64,000 bases of DNA from an uncultured virus (IMG/VR IMGVR_UViG_3300025887_000015) (taxonomy: Duplodnaviria; Heunggongvirae; Uroviricota; Caudoviricetes). The stretch covers positions 1-64,000 of the IMG/VR virus record IMGVR_UViG_3300025887_000015; one strand, 5' to 3'. Positions 10,155 to 20,800 of this stretch are shown piece after piece (position 1 is the stretch's first letter; each line of letters opens with the position of its first letter). The position numbers were made by a program, and so were the translations under genes. The notes under the pieces were generated by a model, which had not been told where the DNA came from, did not search any database, and was given only the letters and a program-made list of their open reading frames with translations.

Positions 10155-10374
10155 AGTAACGAAAAAACAAAGGGTAGTGGATGCATTAGTGAATCATGGT
10201 TCAATCAGTCCATTCTATGCATTCAATCATTTAGGTGAAACTAGATTAGCTGCAACAATTCATAAGTTAAAGCAAAAAGGTTATAAGATTGACACCAAAA
10301 TTGAAAATGGAACCAATAAATTTGGTGATGAAATTTCATATGCTAAATATGTTTTAGTAGAAAAGCCACAATAA
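10147..10374 (+). CDS. Small winged-HTH DNA-binding protein
   Basis: GSISPFYAF...TRLAATIHKLKQKGYKI pattern of phage wHTH proteins. Confidence 0.65.
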   Translation: MSKVTKKQRVVDALVNHGSISPFYAFNHLGETRLAATIHKLKQKGYKIDTKIENGTNKFGDEISYAKYVLVEKPQ

Positions 10375-10679
10375 TGAAAGATATTATAGACGCTTATAAA
10401 GAAGCTAGAGAGGCCCTTGTAGACGCTTTTGGGATTGATGAAGCTGAATACTTCGAATTTAAATTAAATGACGAGTATTATCCCTATGATTCTGATGGAA
10501 GTTTAGAATATTCATCATATGAGGATGATGATTTATACGGTTATGAATCAGCTCAATTAGTTGAAATCGTTGATGGTTATGAATTATATTGGGTTCAAGA
10601 AAATGGTCAAACTTTTTACACCATTTTTTATGAGGATAATAAATTAACAGATGAACAAGCTGAAATAAAATTTGGCTAA
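10374..10679 (+). CDS. Hypothetical acidic protein
   Basis: 101 aa, TAATG-coupled. Confidence 0.55.
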   Translation: MKDIIDAYKEAREALVDAFGIDEAEYFEFKLNDEYYPYDSDGSLEYSSYEDDDLYGYESAQLVEIVDGYELYWVQENGQTFYTIFYEDNKLTDEQAEIKFG

Positions 10680-11258
10680 ATGATAAATAACGCAATAATA
10701 ATTGCTAGATGTAGTACAGTTAAACAAGATACAAATTATCAAATAAATCATTTGGTTGATAAATATTCTGAATATAATATAGTCAAAATATTTGAATCTT
10801 ATTGTAGTGGTTTTAAAAATTTTATTGATGTAGAAAAGTATATTGATTTTTTAGATACGAAAAACATCAAAATTGTTTTGGTAACTGAATTAAATAGGGT
10901 TTCTAGAAAAGAAAGATATTTGAAATATTTTATTGATAATTGTAAGATTTTAGATGTGAAAATAATTTGTGCTTTCAATGATAAAAACGATAGCTTAAAA
11001 AAGCAAATAGAAGATTCTGCTTTAGAAACAGAAAGAATTAAAAAAAGGTTAAACGCTGGTAGAGAACTTTATATAAAAAAAGGTGGTAAATTAGGTCGTA
11101 AAAGAGGGTCCAAAAAAAGTGATTTGCATTTTTTAAAAGAAAATGAAAAAGTTACAGCCTTTTTAAATATGGGATATTCAATAAGAAAAGTGATGTCATT
11201 AACAAATAAATCTTCAGGGACGGTTCAAAAAGTAAAAAAATTAAATAAAAAAGCCTAG
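10680..11258 (+). CDS. Small serine recombinase (resolvase/invertase family)
   Basis: ARCSTVKQ (catalytic Ser), VTELNRVSR, GGKLGRKRGS, C-terminal HTH (GYSIRKV...GTVQKV). Confidence 0.8.
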   Translation: MINNAIIIARCSTVKQDTNYQINHLVDKYSEYNIVKIFESYCSGFKNFIDVEKYIDFLDTKNIKIVLVTELNRVSRKERYLKYFIDNCKILDVKIICAFNDKNDSLKKQIEDSALETERIKKRLNAGRELYIKKGGKLGRKRGSKKSDLHFLKENEKVTAFLNMGYSIRKVMSLTNKSSGTVQKVKKLNKKA

Positions 11259-11274
11259 CTAATGCTAGGCTTTT
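11249..11274. terminator. Bidirectional intrinsic terminator
   Basis: AAAAGCCTAGC-TAAT-GCTAGGCTTTT between convergent genes. Confidence 0.8.
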
Positions 11275-11298
11275 ATCTATCTCTACGATATTAAGATA

Positions 11299-13095
11299 TT
11301 ATCTTAACTCGTTAATGTTGAATGTTTGTAATCCGTCAACTCTAATAGCTCCGTAGAACCTATTGTTCACGACCTTTTTAGCATAACGTGTCATTATACC
11401 TTTCACTGGTGCAAAGTTGAATGGGTTATACATTGTAGGCGTAAGTTGCATTGGCACGTAAGGTGCGTAGATGTAACCTGTGTCTAATAAAGACTTACCT
11501 TTGTGTCCCATAATAAGTGACCAAGATGGAGCATAAGGGTCACGGTACACTTGGTAACGTCCACTTAATGAACCGATTTTCTCGATACCCATATTATATT
11601 GGTCTTGCTCTGGACTTGCGTCAGATACGTGGAAGTACTCTAAATCATCGAATACAGCAGAAATTTCTGAAGATACAACAACAAAGTTAGCACCACCTCT
11701 AAGAGTAGACTTATGGATTTGTGCTGAAATTTGGTTAACTTTAGTAATTAAAGTTTGATTCCAGTCTTTTTGAGTATAAGCATTAGCAGCTAATGAAGCT
11801 TTTCTCCATCCGTTCCAATCCCATCTCAATTGCCATGCAGCAGCTTTTCTGATATCTCTTAAGATTTCTCTATCGATTTCAGCAGCAACTTGCTCAGATA
11901 ACATAGCAGTCAATTCAGCTTCAGCATCAATGTTGTGGAATGCACTAACATCTTGCGCTAATTCTGGAGACCATGTAGCCCTTAATTTTCTTTCTTCTAC
12001 AGAAACAACTACTTCGTCTAATTTGAAAGATACTTCTCCCATTTCAGTCTCAAGTTCTAATGTAGCATATTCTGCCCAAGATACTGAGAAATCTGAAGAT
12101 GTGAATCCTGAAGCTAATGTTAAGTCAGCACCGATGTAACCATCGTATGTTGAAGTACCAGCAGCATCTACAGGGTGAGTCATATCTAATTCTAAGTAAA
12201 TAACACCAGCATCATCACAAATATCATCGTATGATACGATACCTTTACCGTATTTTTGAGTTACCAATCTAAATGGAACTTCAGTTGCATCAGCAACAAT
12301 TACATTACTATCTTGGTCAGTTAAAGCGATACCATTAGTAACAACTTTTAAAGACGCTAAGAAAGATTCAGTATCCATTGGATTACCATCTGGTCCACTT
12401 AATCTACCTTTATTGATTGAGCTAAATCCAGATACAGCTAAAATTGCAGTTCTTAAAGAACCATCAGTAGCAGTTGGAAGAGCAGCAAAATCAGCAGCTG
12501 TAGTGAAAGTACCACCCGCACCTAACGTTTTTAACGTACCAGTACCAGTAATAATTGATATTTCACCTTTTGATGCATCAAATAATCCATCATTATAGTA
12601 AATATCATATAAGTTCTTACTCAAGTACTGAGTAGGAGCATATGAAGGGTCTACACCTCTTACGATTGGTAAACCATCTGAACCCATTGAAGTGTGTGCA
12701 GAATATTGAGGACCATCTTTATGAGGGTCACCATAAGCATCACCAGTAGCATCATATCTAGATGACGTTTGTGGTACAAAGAAGAATAATTTACCAATTG
12801 GCATATTCATAGCTTGTACAGACACAATGTCATTAGCTAATAATTTTGAGAATACTCTCCTAACAATAGGGAATACTACGGTTTCGAAAGAACCTGAGCT
12901 AGAAGCATCAGTTGATTCGTTTAATAAGTGAGAAGCTTCGTTTTCATATAATTGAGCGATGTTCTCTTTTACGTGACCTTTAAGACCATCTAAGAATCCT
13001 AATGAATCCCATTTGTTGATAGTGTTCTCACGTATTGTTTTCATGTGGTTTAAGCCGATATTACCAACTTTACCTGAATTTAAAAAATTTGACAT
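11299..13095 (-). CDS. Major capsid protein (T4 gp23-like)
   Basis: PIVRRVF...IVSVQAM, RKLRATWSPELAQD...DAEAELTAMLSEQVAAEIDREI, YAPYVP, GIMTRY. Confidence 0.93.
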   Translation of the reverse strand: MSNFLNSGKVGNIGLNHMKTIRENTINKWDSLGFLDGLKGHVKENIAQLYENEASHLLNESTDASSSGSFETVVFPIVRRVFSKLLANDIVSVQAMNMPIGKLFFFVPQTSSRYDATGDAYGDPHKDGPQYSAHTSMGSDGLPIVRGVDPSYAPTQYLSKNLYDIYYNDGLFDASKGEISIITGTGTLKTLGAGGTFTTAADFAALPTATDGSLRTAILAVSGFSSINKGRLSGPDGNPMDTESFLASLKVVTNGIALTDQDSNVIVADATEVPFRLVTQKYGKGIVSYDDICDDAGVIYLELDMTHPVDAAGTSTYDGYIGADLTLASGFTSSDFSVSWAEYATLELETEMGEVSFKLDEVVVSVEERKLRATWSPELAQDVSAFHNIDAEAELTAMLSEQVAAEIDREILRDIRKAAAWQLRWDWNGWRKASLAANAYTQKDWNQTLITKVNQISAQIHKSTLRGGANFVVVSSEISAVFDDLEYFHVSDASPEQDQYNMGIEKIGSLSGRYQVYRDPYAPSWSLIMGHKGKSLLDTGYIYAPYVPMQLTPTMYNPFNFAPVKGIMTRYAKKVVNNRFYGAIRVDGLQTFNINELR

Positions 13096-13125
13096 AATTT
13101 GTTTATTTAAAATTTATTTGTTTTA

Positions 13126-14799
13126 TTATCTAGTTCTTCTAATTAAATCAAGAACCCTTTTTTGTGCTGGGTCAACGTAAGCTGTCGTCTCATTTAATTG
13201 AGCAGACTGACTTGAAGTTTTATCAGACACGAGTTTATTTTCAATTCCTTCTGTGATAGGAGTTTTATTTCCTAATTCAGAACTAATTGCTTTATACAGT
13301 TTTTTAGACTCTTCAATAGTACTAACTTCTTCATCGAATCTACTTAAGATATTTTGCTTTTCTACTGATGTAGTAGAGTGCTCTAAAAATAACTTAGTAG
13401 CGTGTGTTAAATTAGTATTGAATACAGCAGTCTCAGTAATTGATTTTCTAAAGTCTTTAAGAGAGTTTCTGAACATGTCATTTTCTTTCTTTAGTTCTTT
13501 AGCTTCAGATAATAATGTATTGTACTTAGAAATAGCTTCCACTAATTTCTTAGACTCAACATTCTCACCTTTCACGCCCTTAACTCCTTTTGCACCTGGT
13601 GCAACTGGTTGTCCGATGTCAGCTTTAGCTGGCATTCTGTGCGCTTCACCTTGTCCTTTTGGAATGTGTTCTTCAATTGTATCTTCTTCCTCAACAACTT
13701 CTTCAGTTACTTCGTCAGTTTCTTCAATTGTTTCAGTTTCAACAACTTCTTCACTTTCCATAACGTGTGGTGCATGTGCATCACCGCTACCATTGTGGTC
13801 TTCTGTGAAACCACCATCAAGGTTATCCCCTGAATCAGAATCGTTTGGAGCGTTTTGACCTTCTATATCTCCAGTTGGTAATGAACCACCTTTTGATGTA
13901 ACGTCACTTGTAGCTGTTCTTGGCTTACCGTCAGCGGTTGCACCAATTTTACTATCCTTGTTTATTTTAAGGTCATTTTCAATTCCTTCTTCAATCGCCT
14001 CATCTTCCGATAATTCAATCTCATAAACTACAGACTCTTCCATTTCTTCTTCTTCTTCTTCTTCAGATTCACCTTCAGATTCTTCTGATTCTTCACCACC
14101 CATTGCTGGAGCTGGCACTTCTTCTTCTGATTCTTCAGAATCCATTTCTGGACCTACTTCCGTATCCATTTCTGGTTCTACTCCTATCTCTGGTTCAACG
14201 TCCATTTCTGCATCTATACCTAAATCCATTTCTGAACCTAAATCGTCTGCTGACATTTCACCTTGGTCGATAAGACTACCACCACCCATTTTTACATTGT
14301 ATTCTGCCCCTGAATTTGGGTCTTTAATAATTACTTCGTTAGGTGATACAACTTCTATTTCGTCTTCTCCGCTTAATTTTTTATAAACTGAGATAACTTC
14401 CTCGTCTGATGCTCCTGTCATGTCCATTCCGTAGTCTTCGCCACCTTCTTCTGCTCCAAGACCTAAGTCTCCATCCGCAGTGTCCATACCTATGTCATCA
14501 ATTCCAAGTTCTTCAGAACCACCTTCTGGTTCCATCCCCATTTCTGGTTCTAGTCCCGCTTCAGGTGCGTCATCAACTGGTAATGCGTCAACATCAGCTC
14601 CCATTTCTGGTTCTGCATCAACGTCTTCGATATCTTCGATATCATAATCATCCTCATATAAGGACTCTTTTAGCGTACTGGTAATTTCTTCTTTCGCTAC
14701 CGAACGAAGTATTTCTTTAGTATTCGAATTTAAATTCTCTTGAATAAGAGTAAATTCCGCTAAGGCTTCTTCTATTACAGACTTTTTTTCGTCTTTCAT
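13126..14799 (-). CDS. Prohead core/scaffolding protein
   Basis: Highly acidic 557-aa protein with a coiled-coil C-terminus, between the protease and capsid genes. Confidence 0.7.
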   Translation of the reverse strand: MKDEKKSVIEEALAEFTLIQENLNSNTKEILRSVAKEEITSTLKESLYEDDYDIEDIEDVDAEPEMGADVDALPVDDAPEAGLEPEMGMEPEGGSEELGIDDIGMDTADGDLGLGAEEGGEDYGMDMTGASDEEVISVYKKLSGEDEIEVVSPNEVIIKDPNSGAEYNVKMGGGSLIDQGEMSADDLGSEMDLGIDAEMDVEPEIGVEPEMDTEVGPEMDSEESEEEVPAPAMGGEESEESEGESEEEEEEEMEESVVYEIELSEDEAIEEGIENDLKINKDSKIGATADGKPRTATSDVTSKGGSLPTGDIEGQNAPNDSDSGDNLDGGFTEDHNGSGDAHAPHVMESEEVVETETIEETDEVTEEVVEEEDTIEEHIPKGQGEAHRMPAKADIGQPVAPGAKGVKGVKGENVESKKLVEAISKYNTLLSEAKELKKENDMFRNSLKDFRKSITETAVFNTNLTHATKLFLEHSTTSVEKQNILSRFDEEVSTIEESKKLYKAISSELGNKTPITEGIENKLVSDKTSSQSAQLNETTAYVDPAQKRVLDLIRRTR

Positions 14800-14934
14800 T
14801 TGTTTTGTAAATTTTTGTAATTTAGATTATCATGCAACTACTGTTGCACAGTTACTTAATAAATATGTCTCATTTTACCAAAATACGCCATTTCATTAAA
14901 AAAAATTATGATTTTTATTTTTAACCCTTGTTTT

Positions 14935-15627
14935 TTACAGTAAAAACTTATTTAATTTATCAATTAACAAGTTATCTTTTTTACCAACAGATTCCATAAA
15001 TGGCTGAGCTTCAGCTATATTATTAAACATATAAGAACCTGGTGTACTTGGTGAAGTTACAATATCCCAACAGATAATTTCAAAATCATCTTGAACTAAT
15101 AATTTTCCACCAACCTCATTTAATGAACCAACACCTCTTGATGAAACACCAACTCTAATTCCTTTTCTAAGCATGTTTGCAATTTGGTCTCCTTCGCAAG
15201 AAATTATCCCTTGATTAACAAAACCAGGTGACATTATTATTTCAATAGTTCCAACCAATGTTTGACCTTCCCACCAGATTTTTTTAATCTCGTGCGAAAC
15301 TCTACTGTTTGAAATAACACTACTCTCAGGATGGTCAGACTCACCTATGGCTAATCTCATATCAATAAGTTCTTGATACCTTCTAGCTTCTCTTTTTAAA
15401 ATTTCTTCTGGGTATATTCTACCGTTTCTATTTTCTATGCCGTATTTTTGTAGTACTACGAATAGTTCAAGAGGTTCAAACATAACTGGACCCGAACCTA
15501 TTTTGTTAGCTTCACTAATAAACGGTTTATTTCGTAGGTCTCTAGGTTCAATGAAACCAGCGTCACCTTCAATTAATAACCCAGTTCCAGTCTTACCGCC
15601 TCTAATTACTTTAAAATCATTTGTCAT
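14935..15627 (-). CDS. Prohead protease (T4 gp21-like)
   Basis: NRNGRIYP, GESDHP, GVSSRGVGS, DIVTSPSTPG. ATG 15627 preferred because TTG 15645 overlaps the late motif. Confidence 0.9.
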   Translation of the reverse strand: MTNDFKVIRGGKTGTGLLIEGDAGFIEPRDLRNKPFISEANKIGSGPVMFEPLELFVVLQKYGIENRNGRIYPEEILKREARRYQELIDMRLAIGESDHPESSVISNSRVSHEIKKIWWEGQTLVGTIEIIMSPGFVNQGIISCEGDQIANMLRKGIRVGVSSRGVGSLNEVGGKLLVQDDFEIICWDIVTSPSTPGSYMFNNIAEAQPFMESVGKKDNLLIDKLNKFLL

Positions 15628-15688
15628 ATTTACCGTCTTTCTCAATAAATATGCTCAAACAAACAAAAAGCCTAAACTTTTTAATTGT

Positions 15689-16159
15689 TTAGGCTTCTAG
15701 TAATTTCTTTTTTGCTTGTTTTTTATGTTTATAAAATTTAAAATATAAATCTTTATTTAATATCTCTTCACACACATGTTTAATTAATCTTATCATTTCA
15801 TCTTTTAAGATGTCACTATCCAATAGAAAGTTATTCATTTGAAATAAAGTGATTTCACAACTCATAAAACTAGATTTTTCTGAAGATATTCCAGATTCCC
15901 GCATATCCATATCTACCATGGTCATTTCTCTATTGAATAAATTTGGTTTTATATTAAAATAAATATACCTCTTAATTTCTTTAGTAATTTTTCTAATTAT
16001 TGTTTTATATTCTAAATCTTCGTCAAAGTCGATAGTATTCCCCCAACCACTAAATTTTATATAAACGGTTTTAGGGTTGTTCTTATCAACTGACCCAAAC
16101 ATAACATTAATATTATTATTAATATCTATTGTAAATTCTGTTCCTCTTATTTTTTCCAT
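15689..16159 (-). CDS. Hypothetical protein
   Basis: Clean ORF; ATG directly after a promoter-like TATATTTT box. Confidence 0.55.
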   Translation of the reverse strand: MEKIRGTEFTIDINNNINVMFGSVDKNNPKTVYIKFSGWGNTIDFDEDLEYKTIIRKITKEIKRYIYFNIKPNLFNREMTMVDMDMRESGISSEKSSFMSCEITLFQMNNFLLDSDILKDEMIRLIKHVCEEILNKDLYFKFYKHKKQAKKKLLEA

Positions 16160-16253
16160 GTATAAAATATACATAAAATATATTAAAAGTCAAGACCTGG
16201 TAAGTATCGTAAACCCTGGTATTTTAATTTTTAGAATTATTGAAAGGTCCTAA

Positions 16254-16754
16254 TTACGTCAGATTTAGAGTCTCTCTCAATTTTTTTGGTAAAGGTTTCA
16301 TATTAAAATTCGAATCCTCGGTCAATATAGAATAGACCATACAACTACTTCCGTTGGTGTTTAAATAATGTGGTTGATTAGGGTTGAACTTATAAGTCTC
16401 ACCAGTTTTATATATTTTACCAGTTAACTTATCTTTAATGGAACCTTTTAATATTTTCCCATATTCATATAAATTATTATGTACGTGTGGCATAATATAA
16501 GAATTTGGTTTGTAAGCTAAAATAAGAGATTTATATTCTTTAACAGCTTTTATTCCCATGACTTCGACACCTTTTGAAATTTTCTGTGGTAATTTTTCCC
16601 ACTGTTCTTTAATTATTATTATTTCATTTGGTGTAACATCAGGAAATGAAATTACAAAACTATCAAATCTTTTTTTAATTTCCATTAAACTAGTTTTGGC
16701 TTTATTATAATTTTCATTTTTCTCAGGAAAAAATTTATCTAATATCGATTTCAT
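16254..16754 (-). CDS. Cupin-domain protein
   Basis: PHVH...E...ILKG and GETYKFNPNQPH cupin motifs. Confidence 0.65.
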   Translation of the reverse strand: MKSILDKFFPEKNENYNKAKTSLMEIKKRFDSFVISFPDVTPNEIIIIKEQWEKLPQKISKGVEVMGIKAVKEYKSLILAYKPNSYIMPHVHNNLYEYGKILKGSIKDKLTGKIYKTGETYKFNPNQPHYLNTNGSSCMVYSILTEDSNFNMKPLPKKLRETLNLT

Positions 16755-17050
16755 TATTTTCTACTAACAATTAATTTTATCTCCCGAAGTAATTCAAGAA
16801 TTTGTTCATTAACTTTGATGTTTCGCTCATCCATTTTTTCATTCTTAACATCTAACTTATCACTTTTTTCTTCCCAAAGTGCTGTTAGTTTAATAACATC
16901 CTTAGCCATTTCATCCTTATCACCTTCGGCTTTGTTTAATTTTTTAGATAACCAATATATAGCAGCACCCATCACTACTACCACTGGTGCTTGCTGTACC
17001 AACCAATCAACTAAGCTTGGTGATGTTTGTAATATATTAAAATTAAACAT
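16754..17050 (-). CDS. Single-TM coiled-coil membrane protein (holin-like)
   Basis: Hydrophobic APVVVVMGAAIYWL followed by a charged coiled coil. Confidence 0.45.
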   Translation of the reverse strand: MFNFNILQTSPSLVDWLVQQAPVVVVMGAAIYWLSKKLNKAEGDKDEMAKDVIKLTALWEEKSDKLDVKNEKMDERNIKVNEQILELLREIKLIVSRK

Positions 17051-17051
17051 A

Positions 17052-17822
17052 TTATTTTAATGTATCCTTTAAATATGCTATTTCGCTAATTTCTGATATA
17101 AATTTATCTGGAGAAAAATTATACCTTAACAATTTATCTTTAACTCTTAAATATGTGTCCTTTTCATCTATATTTGATTCTTCATTTAATTTACCGTTAA
17201 TTAAATCAATACACTCAATTAGCGTGCCTTTATATAAATTTTCTTTTTCTTCATTAGTACCGTTAGAAATAATCTTAAAAGCTTTTTGCTCTGTTTCAGA
17301 TAATTTCTTCATATACTTAGAATTAAATTTCTCAACCATTGCTGGTCCCATAAATTTATTCATGTATGGCTCAACTATTTCTTTTGATTCAGAAATTACT
17401 TTAGAGTGTTTTGTAACAAATAATTTTGATTCAATAATTAAATCAATATTTTTTGCTGTCTTTTTTGTAAATGCTAAATTATGGATATGTTCATATAATT
17501 CTTTATTATCGTAATCTTCCAATAATTCAAACCCTTTTTTATTAAGGTAGTTTACTAATTTCTGATTAGCTTCATTAACTTTTAATCCCGCTAACATTGA
17601 TATACATTCGTCTACCAAAAATCTTTGCTTTTCACCTTCATTTTCAACAACAACTTTGTTCTCAAGTTTATCAAACACTTGAAATTGTTTTTTAAGAGTA
17701 GAATTCTCTTTCAATGCTTTAGCATATGTTTTGAATATTTTTTTATATTCATTATTTCCTTCTACGATACCATTCGCTAGAATGTCCTTGAAAGTTTCAT
17801 GTATTTGTCCAAAATTTTGCAT
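17052..17822 (-). CDS. Hypothetical head-module protein
   Basis: 256 aa downstream of portal, with its own ATATTTAT motif. Confidence 0.55.
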   Translation of the reverse strand: MQNFGQIHETFKDILANGIVEGNNEYKKIFKTYAKALKENSTLKKQFQVFDKLENKVVVENEGEKQRFLVDECISMLAGLKVNEANQKLVNYLNKKGFELLEDYDNKELYEHIHNLAFTKKTAKNIDLIIESKLFVTKHSKVISESKEIVEPYMNKFMGPAMVEKFNSKYMKKLSETEQKAFKIISNGTNEEKENLYKGTLIECIDLINGKLNEESNIDEKDTYLRVKDKLLRYNFSPDKFISEISEIAYLKDTLK

Positions 17823-17871
17823 TGTTCTTGTTTTTAAATAAATATGTCTTTTTAATTATAAAATCCGTTTA

Positions 17872-20800
17872 TTATTTGGTTTCATTATCAGAGTCTAGTT
17901 TTTCATCGATTTCATTTATCATATTATCCATGGTTTTATTAAACATTATTGATTTATCATAGATTTTAGTAGCTTCAGTTCTAAGTTTTTCTTCATTACT
18001 TGTTTTACCATTTAACATGGACATATACTCCTTAGTTGATGCGTTCTTAATTTCTTTTAATAACGGTTTATTTTTTAAACGTCTATTTTCTTCAGTAGGT
18101 TCTTCATCACCGAAACCTTCGTCACCACCTAAATCTTCACCACCGAAACCTTCGTCACCACCTATATCTTCAGTAGCTTCAGCATCTTCAATGTCACCTT
18201 CTAAATCTAAACCAGCATCATCAAACCCTCCACCGAAACCTCCACCGCCTCCAGCACCACCGCCTCCAGCGGCACCACCTTCACCATCTTCAGGAACTTG
18301 ACCGCCTTTTTTGGCCATATCCATATCACCATAAACTCTATCTACTCTATCATAGATACCAGTATTTTTAATAACATTCGCAGTATTTTCTAATTCCATA
18401 GCAGCTGCTTTCTCGATTCTTTGTTCAAGTAAATCTTGTTTGATTTCATCATCACTCCAACCTAAAATTTCTCTTTTAGCTCTAGTCATAGACATAGAAC
18501 CAAATCCATTACCAGCATCAGCAACCGCATCTTTATATAAAGAAACTTTAGCGGCTGTCTGCTCAATTTTAAGCATTTCTGCTTGTGTTGAAGGATTGTT
18601 TAAAGTAATTGTAAAATTATCTAAATCATCAGCGAATCCTAATAAGTGTAAGTGAATAATAGCAACCTTATTAAGTTCATGTAATAATGCCTGTTGAATT
18701 CTATTTATTGTTCTTGAGAATCTAATATCTTGTAATGCAAGGTTTTTACCTTCACCTTGAGGTTCTTCAAAACCTAAGAAAGCTTTAGGAACTCTTAACG
18801 CAGTAAATAATTTTCTTTGTAAATATTCAATATCAGCAATTTGGTCTAAGTTCTGCGCACCTGGTAAAGTATCAATAGGTGTTTGTGCATTTTCATCTCT
18901 TACTGGAATAAAAATATCTTGGTCAATACCTAATTGATTATATCTAACATCCATTTGACCTGTTTGTGGGTCAACAAGTGGAGTACGTTTAAATCTATTA
19001 GCTATGTCATCCACGTATGCACCAACATCTTCATTATCAATATTACCAACAAATATCTTATAAACTCTTCTTTCTGGTGCTCTTGTTACACGATAAACAA
19101 GCATAGCATCTTCAGCTAAAATTAATTGCTTCCAAATACGTCTTGCTTTTTCTAAAAATGAAGTACCGTAAGGTAATTTTCTATCATCACCTAAAAGTCT
19201 AAAGTGAGCAATTTGCCACGATTCAAAACTAATATCTCTACCTTTCCAGTAGAATACTGTTTTATTTCTAGTTTCATCTTGATTAATAGCTTCTAATTGA
19301 GATGGTGAAATAATTCCATTGATATCATTCTCTCTTCTTTCAATCTCAAAGTTAGGTAATTGTCTAACTCCAGTAACGCCACCTTTAGAACTAATATTTA
19401 ATTGTACAAAATTATCACCATATTTACAGTTGGATACAAAAACACCATCACGTTTAAAATTACCTTCATCATCTTTGGTACAAACTGGGAAATTATGTCT
19501 ATCACCTTCACCATTTGGTCCTAACACTTCCATACAATAAACATCATCACCCTCACTCAATAATTCAACACTAACTACTTTATGATTAAGAATTGTCTTA
19601 TTTTTTTTAGTTTCAGATATATTTTTAGCTCTAATATAAGTGTTATCATTTACCATATTAGGCTTTAAACCTTCAACGAAAGTTAAATAATCAATTTCAA
19701 ACGTCCTTTTTAAAAGTTCATTTATAGTTCTCCTATTTATACCTTTAATCGCATCACGCTTAATGTGTTTATTAAATGTAATGAATTCTTTGGTGAATTT
19801 TGGTTCATTCTTTAATTTACCACATAAAGTATCTAATGACATATAATTTGGAGTCTCTTTAATAAGTACCTCTATCATGTTGATAGCTTTACCACTCAAT
19901 TTATAACGCATTTTTTTTGATGTGTTAGATTTATATTCATCATCACCCCATAAATTTTTCATAACATCACTTCTAATGTCATTGTGAGTTTCATGTAAAG
20001 AACTTGAATTATATTTTTTAAATGGGTCAGGGTATGTACCCTTCATCTTATTAGATAACATTTCTCTACGTTCATCAGAACGAAGCCATTTATTAATACC
20101 AATCATTCTTTTTTCAGTGACTTCAGGACTCTTCAAGTGAAAATCAGCTAAACTACCATGATATTTATTATGTTCACTAACACTCATTCTAACTAAATTA
20201 GACGGTGAGTTATTGAATTTATTGAAATCTATGTGATGGGTAACAAACTTTTCATCAACACTATTTTCATATTTCAAATCTCTATGCATTTCACGACCAA
20301 TTAATCCATGTGTGAATTTATAGTGGTTTGTATTTGGGTTGTAAACTTTCTCATAACCAGATACACGTTCATTTTCACTAATTTTAGTATAGAATGGCAT
20401 TAGACTAAGACCCTCAGTTAATTTATCAGCACGTAAATATGAACCATCTCTTAGTAAAAATTCATGGTCTGGGGTGGTATCAATATGAGTACCATTATCT
20501 AACGTTATTCTATATAACTCACTATTTTTTCTAGTCAAATCACACCAAACAATTTTACTTGGTAAAATATTTTTAGTTCCATCTTGAATTGAATAAGTCC
20601 AGATTTCTTTATCTGGAGTTTCTTTTAATTCCTTTGAAATCTCAATAATTGTTTTATTAGTCCCATTTAATAATGGAATTACACTATCTTTCCTTATTGG
20701 TAAATTTCTGGCCCACATTTGTAATGATGTGTGAATATCTAATCTATTTATGAATAAGTCTTCAAGAATTCTTTTAACCCTTTTACTACCAGAGTAAACG

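Noticed and set aside
14833..14848. TGCAAC-TACT-GTTGCA hairpin in the scaffold/capsid leader as a terminator
   Set aside because: There is no adjacent U-tract. It may be a small leader hairpin, but nothing further supports a function.
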